In this document: piece after piece, positions 14,501 to 41,488 of the stretch
How the letters are laid out: each line of letters begins with the position of its first letter
Numbering within the stretch: position 1 is the first letter of the stretch
DNA from: Phyllobates terribilis
Taxonomy: Eukaryota
Direction of reading: 5' to 3'
DNA length: 64,000 nt
Assembly (NCBI RefSeq): GCF_046119375.1
Contig: NW_027362767.1
Span: 292,950,001 to 293,014,000 of the forward strand
Made by a program: the position numbers and the translations under genes
The notes under the pieces: model-generated
Told to the model about the DNA's origin: nothing
Database searches by the model: none
The model's input: the letters and a program-made list of their open reading frames with translations, nothing else

Positions 14501-17365
14501 GAGACACATAATTTTGCTTTATTTATGGAAATCGGACTGCACTCAGATGTCATCCGCATTCATTGACTTGCATAGCTAAGGCTGTGTGCCCACGTAGTGT
14601 TTTTCAAGCGTTTATGCTGCGGAATTTCCGCAGCGGAAACGCTTGTAAAACGCTAGGTAATCCGCACCCCATGGTCCCCAAGGGGATTCCGCATGTTCTA
14701 TGCACATGCTGCGGATTTTTCCGCAGCGTTTATGCTGCATACAAAAATCCGCAGCATGTCATTTAATTTTGCGGAAGTGCAGCGGAACTCCCGCCATTGA
14801 CTTGCATTGAGACGCATAGAAACCGCGACTGTACATTTTTACAAGCGGCTTCTATGCGTCTCTATGTGCGGATGGTACCCAGTTCTGGAGGAGAGGAGAC
14901 TCTCATCCAGACCTGGGTACCATTGTACCTGTAAAAAAAGAATAAATTAACAAATAAAGTTTATACTCACCTGTCCGGCGTCTTCTCTCTGAATGCCGGC
15001 AGCGCTGAAGGACCTTCGGTGACGTCACAGTCATGTGACCGCAGGCCCTTCACCGCTCTGTCTCGCGATATGCCGGCAGCCGGGAACCAGCAAGGAAGCA
15101 GCGCTGCAGCCACGCCGGGGCCTCGGGGGTGAGTATAGCTTTATTTGTTTTAATTTTTACGGTTCACACTGTATAAATCCATGATGTTTGCATGGATTTA
15201 TACAGTGTGACCCAGTTCTCAAGCACTTTCCAAGTGATGCTATCGCCTGGAAAGTGCTTGTCAATCTGCATGCGGAAACGCATGTGGATCCGCATGTATT
15301 CTCCAGGAAAAACGCATGCACAATCTGCATGCGTTTTTTTCTGCCAGGGAGATGCAGAAATGCTGCAGAAATTTTCTGCTTCATTTCTGCATCGTGGGCA
15401 CATAGCCTAAGTGTAATCTGAATATCGGATCAAACTCAGGCATGCAGCAATTTTTTTTTTCTTCTCTCTGTCCAAGGGAAAATTGGACATGTTTACAGCA
15501 CCATAGCATAACATTGGTCTGGGTTAAAGCCGATGCTTTGTCGGCAGGAGCACTCCACCAAAGGTCTTATTCACGTGTCATTGTTTCATCATTGTTTCTA
15601 AAGCCCCCGTCACACTAAGCGAGATCGCTAGTGAGATCGCTGCTGAGTCACAAGTTTTGTGACGCAACAGCGACCTCAGCAGCGATCTCGCTACGTTTGA
15701 CGCGTAGTAGTGACCAGGCCCCTGCTGTGAGATCGCTGGTCGTGTCAAAATGGCCTGGACATTTCTTTGATCGTTGAGGTCCCGCTGGGTAGCATGCATC
15801 GGTGTGTTTGACACCATACCAACGACCTTGTTGGCGACTCAGAACTGAGAAGTCGTCCCTCATCGAGGTCTGAATCGTCTGAGTAGCTGCTATGTGACAG
15901 GGTCCCAACGACCGCCGACATCGTTATACAGGTCGCTACGGGACGCCGTATCGTTGCTGCGTCGTTGGGAAGATCTGACTGTTTGACATCTCACCAGCGA
16001 CCACATAGCGACGCAGCAACGATCCCTGACAAGTCGTATCGTTGTCGGGATCGCTGTAGCATCGCTTAGTGTGACGGGGCCTTAGAGGTCCATTTACACA
16101 GACTGACCAGCGGCACAACATGGCCATTGATTGGAAAACTTTTGCTGATTGGTTGTCATTGAAATGTCTGTTTACACAGGCAGACCAAAGTAAACGATGC
16201 GCAATCTATACTAGATCCCTCAATGCACATAGGCTGCCATAGTTCTCAGCGGCACGATTTTTGTTTACACAGGGCAATGCGCAGCTGAGAATGATCTTTT
16301 GTGCTTTCCACACCAATCTCGCCTGGCGTTTTTGATTTTTTTTTTTTCTCGTTGCGCCATTTATTGATCATATTAATTTATTTTAGATTTTGATATGTGT
16401 TTTTTATTTATATATATTTTTTATGGCTCAAAAAAGGGGGTGATTTGAACTTTCGTGTATTTGTTGTTTTTTTAAATTTTCTAAAACTTTTTTTTTTTTT
16501 AAGTTCCCTTAGGGGATTTGAAGCTGTGATTGTCCAATCACCTGTGCCATACATAGCGGTGCTTCAGCACAATCCTCTGAGTGCCGGCACGGGCCGGCCG
16601 GCGTTCACAGGAGGGCCGTGATGACTGGCATCAGCAAACCCCCAGCTGTCATGACAAACCATCAGCACCTTGTGATAACGTCACGGGAGTGTCGGTGCTT
16701 CCTGTCTGCACATGTTAAATACTGCTATCAGTGATTCACAGCGGCATTTAACTGGTTAACAGCAGCAGGTGGGTCTCTGACCACCCATGACTGTTAGAAG
16801 CACTTGATGGCTGATTAAATAGGCCATCAAGTGCAGGGAAAGATGTAGGCTCAGCGTGTGAGCCTGCATCAAAGGCAGGGATAAGGCCGATGACTTAAAT
16901 ATAATGGGTTAACCTCATGCTGGGTGATGGACAGCCTGTTTGCACTGCAAGATAATTGTCAAACAATCATTTTTACCACTCATTCACTATTATCTTGCAG
17001 CGTAAATGCCCCTTAAGCTAAAACCAGAAGTGGCTCCAAAACACCGGAGACGTCCAATTTTTTTTGCCACTCCTGATTTTGACTCACAACTACTGAGGAA
17101 AATGCTGACTACACACTGATGTGTGAATAAGGCCTAACGCAGATGCTCTTGCTGAATTGACATGGGGGCTATGAGATACACCAGGCTTTAATCCTTATGA
17201 CTCTGCTTTCCTAACCATCTACTACTTCCACATACAGGATTCATCACTCTTTACAGTGGACTAATACCCACCATCATCCGGTCATTCCCCTCCAATGCTG
17301 CTCTCTTCTTGGCCTATGAAATGACTAAAAGGACTCTTACAAAATGGTCATCTAACCAGAACTGA
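2433..17365 (+). CDS. slc25a15-like: Mitochondrial ornithine/basic amino acid carrier, SLC25A15-like (307 aa, 6 coding exons)
   Basis: join(2433..2502,6887..7145,11129..11269,13496..13662,13740..13898,17238..17365)=924 nt, all introns GT-AG, phases 1/2/2/1/1. Three carrier signatures [24 protein letters not shown]; motifs [14 protein letters not shown] and [15 protein letters not shown] match recalled SLC25A15; exon sizes 259 and 159 equal those recalled for human. Confidence 0.92.
3180..4937. mobile_element. Harbinger-type MITE split by a Gypsy insertion
   Basis: TIRs GGCTTCGTTCCCACAATGAG / CTCATCGTGGGAACAAAGCC, TAA TSD both sides. Confidence 0.75.
3293..4681 (+). mobile_element. Internally deleted Gmr1-like Gypsy LTR retrotransposon with SCAN-type gag remnant
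   Basis: LTR end GATCGGTTTGTGACA at 3504-3518 and 4667-4681; PBS TGGTGGCAGCG(G)GTGGGATT at 3521-3540 complementary to tRNA-Leu 3' end; gag 3709-~4625 with coiled-coil repeat [11 protein letters not shown] x2, a frameshift near 4322 and SCAN-like [12 protein letters not shown]...EQFL...AAELADEY; no pol. Confidence 0.8.
5544..6043. mobile_element. Palindromic Kolobok/T2-type MITE (family also at ~20570-20822, ~37620-38465, 58512-59067)
   Basis: Long imperfect inverted arms GGTTTTCCCACAAA...GATCATACCACA / TGTGGTATGATC...GGGAAAACCC. Confidence 0.65.
6887..7145 (+). CDS. slc25a15-like: SLC25A15-like coding exon 2
   Basis: Polypyrimidine+TAG acceptor; [23 protein letters not shown]...DPSQL; donor GTGTGT, phase 2. 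Confidence 0.95.
8120..8420. repeat. Purine-rich degenerate minisatellite (core GACAGCACAxGGGG)
   Basis: Repeated AGCACA/GAGAG units; low-complexity ORFs on both strands. Confidence 0.55.
8946..10533 (-). mobile_element. Tc1-family DD34E transposon, IR/DR type, defective (family A copy 1)
   Basis: TIR (CA)GTGGGTACGGAxAGTATTCAG, TA flanks; transposase split into 9871-10236, 9526-9861 and 9118-9504 by a nonsense codon and a frameshift. Confidence 0.93.
11129..11269 (+). CDS. slc25a15-like: SLC25A15-like coding exon 3
   Basis: [35 protein letters not shown]; acceptor CCCTCTAG; weak donor GTCATT, phase 2. Confidence 0.9.
13496..13662 (+). CDS. slc25a15-like: SLC25A15-like coding exon 4
   Basis: [27 protein letters not shown]; donor GTAATG, phase 1. 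Confidence 0.95.
13740..13898 (+). CDS. slc25a15-like: SLC25A15-like coding exon 5
   Basis: [25 protein letters not shown]; donor GTGAGC; preceded by a 77-nt intron. Confidence 0.95.
14580..15407. mobile_element. PIF/Harbinger-type MITE
   Basis: TIR GGCT(G/A)TGTGCCCACG, TAA TSD on both sides. Confidence 0.8.
15603..16081. mobile_element. Harbinger-type MITE with internal CAGCGA/TCGCTG repeats
   Basis: TIR G(G/C)CCCCGTCACACTAAGCGA at both ends. Confidence 0.75.
16330..16908 (-). mobile_element. Fragment of a TTAA-ended (piggyBac-like) non-autonomous element, same family as 48208-49180
   Basis: GCGGCATTTAACTGGTTAACAG is the reverse complement of 48207-48228; ends GGG-TTAA. Confidence 0.5.
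17238..17365 (+). CDS. slc25a15-like: SLC25A15-like last coding exon
   Basis: [42 protein letters not shown]; acceptor CATACAG. Confidence 0.95.
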
Positions 17366-17553
17366 GTGAAGAAGACAGTGTTTCCACATCATTCTTTTTC
17401 TGTTGTCATCTGTATTTTTGTATTGCGAACTTGAAAATCGGACATTTTACTCGTCTTTACATGTAGATTGAATAATAATAGGCTTGTGTACCTAAAATAT
17501 TATTCTTTCTTTTGATCTTTGTTTTATTCCATTCATATGTATATTTATTATAT

Positions 17554-17559
17554 AATAAA
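17554..17559 (+). terminator. Putative poly(A) signal of SLC25A15-like
   Basis: First AATAAA found after the stop, ~190 nt downstream. Confidence 0.45.
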
Positions 17560-17829
17560 TTCAGAATACTGTGTGGATGCTAAATCTTATGCAAACTTGC
17601 TGAATGAAATATCACGGGCCTTAGTAAAACTTGGTGTCCTCCCTGCATTATGCATAACTATTAAAGAGTAAACTTTTTTTATTCCCTTTATTTTAAAGAT
17701 GGTTATGTAATTTGCAAAAAAATATTGTTATAGGGTTAATCAACCTATTTTGCGGTTCTCCTGCAGAAAATGGATACTGAACTTTCCTGTAACATCTACT
17801 TAGATCAGTACATCATATCTTGTGTATAG

Positions 17830-18771
17830 TGTAGCACGGTACGGGTGGTAGCCACGGGCGAGTTACTGAGCTCCTCCTTTTACACCCGCCGCGCTACATG
17901 AAAGTGTGGGTCCTGATAGGGTATTTATACTCGTGCAATGAGGGACTTAGTCCTGTGCAGGCCGCCTGCAGCTGGTGGTGTTGGCCGGCCAGGACCATGG
18001 ATTCCACAGTTCAATAAAGGAGACTGCCGTTCAAAAATAGTCTTTACTGAATGTTAAATTGGTAAGGGTTATGTACAAGGGATAGCGGGTACAAAGTCTT
18101 ATGGACGTTTTCTTTTACAGTACAAAACCTTTTCATTCACACAGTATCCTTCCTTTGTGGTCTACTCCAGGGCCAGTGAGGCACACTATTTCACCCTACT
18201 TCGTCACAACCCAGCTTCTATGCCACAGTCCTGATCAGCAAGTCTCTCCACTCTCTCAGCTGTTCCATGTCCCATTTCTTCCATTACTGGTGCACGGAAT
18301 CTACCGCTCGGGACCCCCAAACTCAGTCCTGTTTAGGCCCGTTACCTTAGATGTCGGCAAGCTCAGTGTTTTCGTGATTCTGCATCCTATCCATGGACCC
18401 TTCTCCAGAAGGCCAATATGACTAGTCAGTCACTTCTCAGGATCTCACTATCCCTGTCCTTGGGTCTCCTTTTTACTGTAGATCACCCCACGGCAGCACT
18501 GCTCTTTCTCTAAACCCTATCTAACTAACTACAGGAAGCAGTCTCTTTCCCTAACACTTTTCCCCTCCCACTATGGGCTAATCACAAACATTAACAGTAT
18601 CCTATCTCACCCTAACGTCACTATCTGTCCCTATATGATCTAAATTACTTAACAATATACATGACCACATTACAACACGATATATACCAAAGACGCCCAA
18701 TTCACATTACACAATAAACGATTGGTGTCTTCATGGGTAGGAATGCTGCAGCATAGTCCACCACCCTTACA
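17830..18771 (-). mobile_element. Solo LTR (942 bp)
   Basis: TGT...ACA termini with exact 4-bp TSD ATAG; no internal coding sequence; orientation inferred from reverse AGTAAA-type signal. Confidence 0.8.
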
Positions 18772-19078
18772 ATAGTTCTACCAACTTTGAGCAGTAGGGA
18801 GGACAGTGTGCGCTCTGCCTCCTAACAAACATTGTGAGAGGAGTGTAAGAGTCTGCAGAGCACTCCACTGTGGTTATAATTCCAGAGCCACAGAGCGCGC
18901 GGGAGCAGCCCCAGTGACAGGTGGGCTGAGGGGACTTGAGCGAGTGCTTGCTCTGCCTTCTTTATAGCAGTAATAGTTAGAGCAGGAGCAGAGTCTGCAC
19001 TGCTCTTATTGTGACTGGTATAATTACAGTGCGAGTCTGCTCCTGCTCTCACTATTACTGCTATAAAGAAGGCAGATT

Positions 19079-19600
19079 ACACTTCCTCAACATTGAAATT
19101 GCAAAACCAAGTAGGAAAAGGTCATGAGATTATGGAAATCACAGCATGGATAGAAACGTTAATGATATGCAAATGATGAAAAACTGGAAACACAATTTTT
19201 CAAACATCTCAATTTATTCAGTATGAGCTCCACTCACAGAAATGCATGCACCTTGCCATGATATCAGTGAGGTTATTAATGCTTGTCTGAGAAATGATCT
19301 GCCACGCTGAATGCAGTTGGGCACAGAAATCTTCAAGATCCACTGCTGGCAGCTCACATCGTAATTGCTGACCATTGATGTCCTAGATGTTTTGAATGGG
19401 AGACAAGTCTGGAGATTAATGGGACACATCACATTGAACAGTGTTGATGTGTCTCGGCCTACATCTGTTGCGATCTGCCGGAGTGATAAACCAGAGTCTC
19501 TCAGTTCAAGGATTCTGTCCCTCTCAGTTTGCGACAAATTACGATAACTGGCACATCGACTACCGAGGCATCTCACAAGACGAGATCTGATTTTTGAGGT
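19079..19600 (-). mobile_element. Internally deleted Tc1/mariner-like remnant
   Basis: Minus-strand YRNLSQTERDRILELRDSGLSLRQIATDVGRD (HTH-like) joined to a Tc1-like C-terminus (GACISVSGAHTE); TA-CAC end at ~19078; right boundary approximate. Confidence 0.55.
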
Positions 19601-19828
19601 GGCATGTGGCTTAAAAAAAAAGGCTTTCAATCCAGCTTTTATGCTCCTCCCACTTGCTGCTGATTTGAGCAATGTTCTTGAGAATTTGATTATTTGCAGA
19701 GCTTGGCGACACTTGTTTTTCAAAGCACCACTCCAGCGTTTATTTTTTTTATTTCACAGTTGGAGTGGTATCACTAATCCATGTCCCTTTCCCCTAGTAA
19801 TATACTTCCCAGTGGTGATGGTCACAAG

Positions 19829-20127
19829 TAGTGATGAGCGAGCATGCTCGTTATTCAAGATTTACGAGCGTGCTTGGGTGTTTTTCCGAGTATCTTCGGT
19901 GTGCTCAAATGATATGTTTGAGTCACTCCGTATGCATGATTTGCAACTGTTTGACAGCTTTAATACATGTTTCCTATGCATTCCTCACATGTATTAAAGC
20001 TGTCAAACAGTCGCAAGTCATGCACACGGAGTGACCCAAACATAACATTCAAGCACGCTGCAAATACTCGGCGAGCACCCGAGCATGCTTGCCGAAAGGC
20101 TTAACAGAACACGCTCCCTCATCACTA
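19829..20127. mobile_element. MITE of the TAGTGATGAGCG family (related copies at ~23926, 37793, 40879-41182, 43860, 45419)
   Basis: TIR TAGTGATGAG...CTCATCACTA with internal inverted arms. Confidence 0.6.
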
Positions 20128-21523
20128 GTCACAAGCTCTCAATGGAAGTCTATGAGATCCTCGTTCTGGCTTTCATGGACTTACATTGACCTCTGGCTCG
20201 CCCAGCAAACGCTGGAGCAATCCTGTAGGCAACAATTAGCAGAAGATGACCAGAGTGACGCCAAGAACAGCAGAAGATGACGACCAATAAGGATATTGGT
20301 GACACCACTCCAGTAGTAAAAGGTAAAAAAAAATGCTGGAGTGGTGTTTTACTGTTGAAGAGTGTATTCAATTTTTTTTTTATGCAGTAGTGCCTTAGGC
20401 AAGCAATTAATTAATTCTAGTGATGTCCAGCATCGCCTGCCTGCCTGCCAGCCATAAATTCTTCTTCAGACTACAAAATACTTTTTCCTGCTTGCGCTAA
20501 ATTAAGAGTCATTCTTTCTTTGAAGTAAAACATTGTTTAAAAACAGGCAGTGAAATGTTTTTACCTCACAAAAAGAATCAGCTGTGATCCCCTGCTGTAA
20601 TGTCTGTATACTCTTTTCCTTCCTCCCCCGCCCAGGAGATGTGGTATGATCAGACCATGTTCCTGTACCGGTCAGACACAGCCATTACACAGTACACAGC
20701 GGGGGACATTTATAAGATTATCTCAGCGCAGGGACAGTTTATTTAAACACATCCAATTGTGGAAGTTATTATTCCAAGATCTATTGATTAAAATAAACTT
20801 TCGTTTGTGGGAAAACCCCTTTAATTAAGGTGATACATATCCATACATACTGTGTTACAGCTTAAAAATCTCGGCATAGTACATCTGTTGGATGCTATAT
20901 ATCAACAAAACCGAAGAAATGGGATGGCTATTTATCAGACAGACTTCAGTGCCTCTAGAAGGAAACCCATAAAAGCACGAAAATGTAAGGAGACAAGACA
21001 CTGTGGAAGCAGAACAGCGAGGAGGCATGGCAGAGGAGAGGAGTTTGATCTGGACTCTGGGGACAGGGAATCCAGCTGAGGAAAAAACAGCACGTGTGCA
21101 AGTTCTGAGGTGATTCTGGCGCCAAGGAGAGAGACGGGAGGAGCAACAGCAGCATCCGGAGCTCCTGTCAGGAGGAAAGGTGCCGCTTTTCCGCCCAGCC
21201 CAGATGTCGACGGTCAAGCCCCGAAGATCTGAGCGCCGCCAGTCAAGGTTCCCAGCCCAGACATTGATAGTCAAGTCCCGAAGACCCAAGCGACACCAGT
21301 TAAGGTTCCTCACCCGGGTGACGTCTGTGGACAGAACGGGAACAGGTTGCGGCAGCACGGTTCTCAGACGTGTGTGCCAGTGACAGGACATTGCAGAAGC
21401 TCCGGGGGTGTCGGTTTGGAGATTCACGGTCAGGCCGGCGACCAGGAAGGACACGTGAGATGGGCCGTTACCTCTTACAGAGACATATGGTACTGGGCAC
21501 GGATAGATGGAAAGACAATAGTC

Positions 21524-21938
21524 AGACTTCAGACAGAAAGGCCCACAAACAAACAGCAACTGAAAACCACCGCAGTGAAGGCCTGGCAGAGCATCAAAAA
21601 GAAGGAAACACAGCGTCTGGTGATGTCCATGAGTTCAAGACTTCAGGCAGTCATTGCCAACAAAGGGTTTTCAACCAAGTACTAGAAATGAACATTTTAT
21701 TTACAATTATTTAATCTGTCCAATTACTTTTGGTCCCTTTAAAAACAGGGTGGCACATGTTAAGGAGCTGAAACTCCTAAACCCTTCATCCAATTTTAAT
21801 GTGGATACCCTCAAATGAAAGCTGAAAGTCTGAAATTCAACTGCATCTGAATTGTTTTGTTTAAAATTCATTGTGGTAATGTCTAGAACCAAAATTAGAA
21901 AAATGTTGTCTCTGTCCAAATATATATGGACCTAACTG
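21524..21938 (+). mobile_element. Right-end fragment of a third Tc1 family
   Basis: Transposase C-terminus LQTERPTNKQQLK...SRLQAVIANKGFSTKY*, then TIR ending GGACCTAACTG-TA. Confidence 0.85.
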
Positions 21939-23215
21939 TATGTTCTCCTGATATTTGTTTTGGCTTTCTCTACGTTCCTCCTACACTCCAAAAGACATTC
22001 TGATAGAGAAATAAGATTGTGAGCCCCGATGAGGTAGTGAGTGATGACAATGCATGTAAAGTGCTACAGAATATTGGCACTATGTAAGCGAGCAAATTAA
22101 ATAGTTTTATTTACCCTGTTATGAGTCAAATCCTTGTGCTCATGTGCATGAGGCCTTATACTGTTGCTTTTAGTTTTTTTTCTCTTGTGCCTCTTATTTC
22201 CTATGTATCTGGATGTTTCTCTCTCCTCTAGATCTTTCCTGTCCTTTCTGCAGCCTGGCTTGGGGGTTCTGTCTCGTCACCTGTCACAGCTATTGACATT
22301 CTTATTTCCATCTTTGGTGCTGGGCTGGCTCCCATTGAGTCTAAAGATAGCGCCATGTGCCCGGCCTGCAGTGTGGAGCTCTCCGCTCAGTCCGCTCCTG
22401 TACTACTGCTCATCTACAGGTACTTGCCTCTTATTTTCTCACTTCCTTCTGTTATGCGTCTTTCTTATGACTAATCTGTATTTTTCTTCTTATTAGTCTT
22501 AGGGTCAATGGACCGCATTTCCCTCATCAGAGACAATCGGTCCCATTATGCTACTCACACTTTGATCAGAGTGTGATCCGATTTTCACGGATGTGGAGAA
22601 TGCAAAAAAAAGTTTCTCCTTCTTTTTCATTCAGTCTGTACGTGAAAATCGAACTGCACTGCACTTGGATACCATCCGAGTGAGGTCCGTTTTTTTCAAC
22701 GGACCCATAGACTTGAATGGCCAAGTGTGTTCTGATTGTCAGAGGCAAATTGTGCTTGCTGCAATATTTTTTTTTCCTTGGACCACTTGATCTGAGGAAA
22801 AAAAATCAGACATGTGCACGGCCTTATTGAATAACATGCGGATGAGTACGATCTGTCAAAACGAAGGATAGCACTTGTCTAATTTGTATGGTCGTCTCCA
22901 CGAGCCCTAATTCTGCTTTGTGAAACTTCTTCTATCATTACCATTAGTACTTATAGATCCCTGCATTCTGACACCTTCTCAGTTTTGTGCGAATACTTAT
23001 GTGATTTTATACTAATCAATCAATTATCCGTACCCTTCAGTCTATATAATTCTTATGTTTCACTTTTCAGACGATATTGGATTTTTCTCTTCATTTCCGC
23101 ACCTCTCCTTTGACTACTTCATAGCCTACTTCCCTTCTCTTCTCTTTGGTATTCTGTAGCCATTCCTGACATGATGAGCTGTCAGGGGATTAGTCTGACT
23201 AATACACAGAACACA

Positions 23216-38951
<15,736 letters not shown>

Positions 38952-39157
38952 GACAACGACCATGTATCTGATCCCTGTTTAAATCCTCTATTATGTCCAT
39001 ACTTTATAACACTTCTAGGTAAAAATAGCCTTTTACTTCATGTACATGTCACTTTCCTCTCTTCCATGTGACATATCCCCTCTCAGTGCTACATTTTACA
39101 TGTCAGTCTTGGACACTGTGTAGCTAATGCACATATTTGGGAAATCATTTTCTCTTT

Positions 39158-39163
39158 AATAAA
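39158..39163 (+). terminator. Putative poly(A) signal of ITGB1BP2
   Basis: AATAAA ~210 nt after the stop. Confidence 0.5.
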
Positions 39164-41488
39164 AGTTTTGCTACAATATTGTACTTTTTTATAGATTTGA
39201 TTGATTTTATTTTAAGAGTATTAGTAGTTACTTCTGTATATCTGACTTGGGCTAGATGGCTGTCACAATCTCTGTGTAGGTCTATGGTAGTCAACCATGG
39301 AGACTATATGACCTCCAAGAACAACATTCTCATTCATTGTCCAGAAGGGCCACCTCAGTAAATTGTTTTACTGTACTACTGGAACATGCTTTCAAAAACT
39401 TATATTGTTTGTGAGTTTACGTCCAATCAGAATGCCATGCCTAATGGTGCCTGCTATTAATAGTGCCGTCAATGTATCAGCAATTGCAGTGCTATCATAG
39501 TGTCCTCATTTACAATGACATTTGGACCCCAAACCAGCAGCACTTTGACTATCAGCGACGTCCTCGTGTGGAAGGCAGCAGTACGGTTCCCTGGGGCCAA
39601 ATCCAATTGCAATTGAAATAATCAGATTTTTTTAAAAAACATGAAGCACACAGTAGATTTGCTGAAACAAAATGCAACAACATTTAGCAAAAGTTTTGTG
39701 AGTAGTCCTTATGTTACAGTATAGCTTTTAAGGGGGCTGTCCAGTGAAAATATATGTTATTGCCTTTATTTTGGATAGGCGATAACTTCCTGATTGGTAG
39801 GTATCTGATCGCTGGGAGCTGCACCGATCTGCAGAATGGGAATTTTTATCCCTAACAGAGCACCATTAGCCCCGGTACAAAAGGGAGTAGTAGATTGGAT
39901 GCCCAGCCTCCGCTCTATTCACTCTCTATGGGGCTGCCGAAAAATCCAAGTGCAGAGCAAATGAATGGAAAAGCAATCAAGCATGCACACTGCCATGTCA
40001 TTCTAAGAGCTCACGCACACTGGCATATAACAGAGCCGAGGGCTATGTGATGTGTTATCAGATAGCACTCGTCCCAATGCTATTCTATGGAGCAGGGCAG
40101 ATCTGCAATTTTTTTCTCATGCCAATTCGGCAGGAGAAAACAATTGTAGCATGCTGTGAGTGCGTGTGAAACATCAGACTGCACTCAGATGTCATCAGAG
40201 TGCAGTCCAATTACTGCGGACGCACAGACAATGGAGAAATTAAGTACTCTGCCTTCTCCACACCTGTGATATGATTGTCATGCGATATAATCAGATCACA
40301 CTAAGGTGATACTCGAATCAAACGCTGTCAGAGTTTGATCTGTGTGACATTAGCATGACCTGCTCTATTCTTTCCCATGAGAGAATCGGGGGCTGTGTAA
40401 TCTCAGCCTTACAGGGATAAAGGATGCCTATTCAGCCAATTGATCCCAGCGTCTGGACACCTACTGATCAGCAAGTTCTTACCAATCCCAAAAAGTGTTG
40501 TAGGATCAAAGCTTATAAAGGGGTTGTCCAGTGAAAACAAGTTATCACCGACTTCTCTGTGGAATAGGTAATAGTTTGCAGATTGGTGGGTGTCTGATTG
40601 CTGGGACCCGCACCAATCAGGGATATGGGGAATTTTTATCCTCTAACAGTATTTTTTTCCTTGTTACAAAGTGGAGTTGTAGATCGGATGCCTAACTGCC
40701 GCTCCATTCACTTTATATGGGGCTGCTGGAAAAAACCGAGTGCAGCGCTCAGAAGCCCCATAGAGAGTGAATGTTTTCTATGTCGAGCATGAGCACTGAC
40801 TCTCCAGTCTAACGGGTCCCAGTGGCCACACTCTCACAGATCAGCAAGCTGTTACCTAACCCGCAGATAGGTGATAACTAGTGATGAGCGCAAGGGCTCG
40901 TTACAGGAGTTTGCCGAAGGTGCTCGGGTATGCACGGAGTATCGCGGGTGCCCGAGTGACAGAATAGAGTCCCGTGGCAGCATGTTTCATGGCTGTTAGA
41001 CAACCACAAAACATGCTGGGATTGCCCATATTTGTCAGACATTCCCCACATGTTTTGTGGCTAACAGCCATGAAACATGCAGCCGCAGGGACTCTAACCT
41101 GTCACTCGAGCACCCGCGATACTCAGTGCATACCCGAGCACCCTCGACAAACTTGAGTAACAAGCACTTGCACTCATCATTAGTGATCATTTGCTTTGAC
41201 TGGATAACCCCTTTAAATTAGCCTGTTATACCATTTACACACATTGGAATTGATTTAGCCTTTTTTTTATTGAGCTGAAGACCTGGGCCAAGCACATAGC
41301 TTTGCCACCTGCTAGGAGCCTGTAAAGTCCAAAAGTGTTTGTGTTGCTTTCCCATATATACTCTGTGCACTGCATTATGTCGCTACAGAATTCTCCCATA
41401 AAAGCCTTGCATCTGGAGGACAAAACCTCTGTGAAACAGCTGGCAATGAACTAAACCTTTGAGGTTTTTTCTTGTGGACTCATGCATA

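Noticed and set aside
15120-15140. Strong GTGAGTAT/GTAAGTAT donors (also ~28577, ~30320, ~57643) as hidden exons
   Set aside because: Part of recurring transposon-internal TATACTCACC blocks; no compatible coding frame
23000-23215. Muscle promoter motifs (MEF2, CArG) upstream of melusin, and an MITF box upstream of the Rab
   Set aside because: No exact consensus matches found by eye
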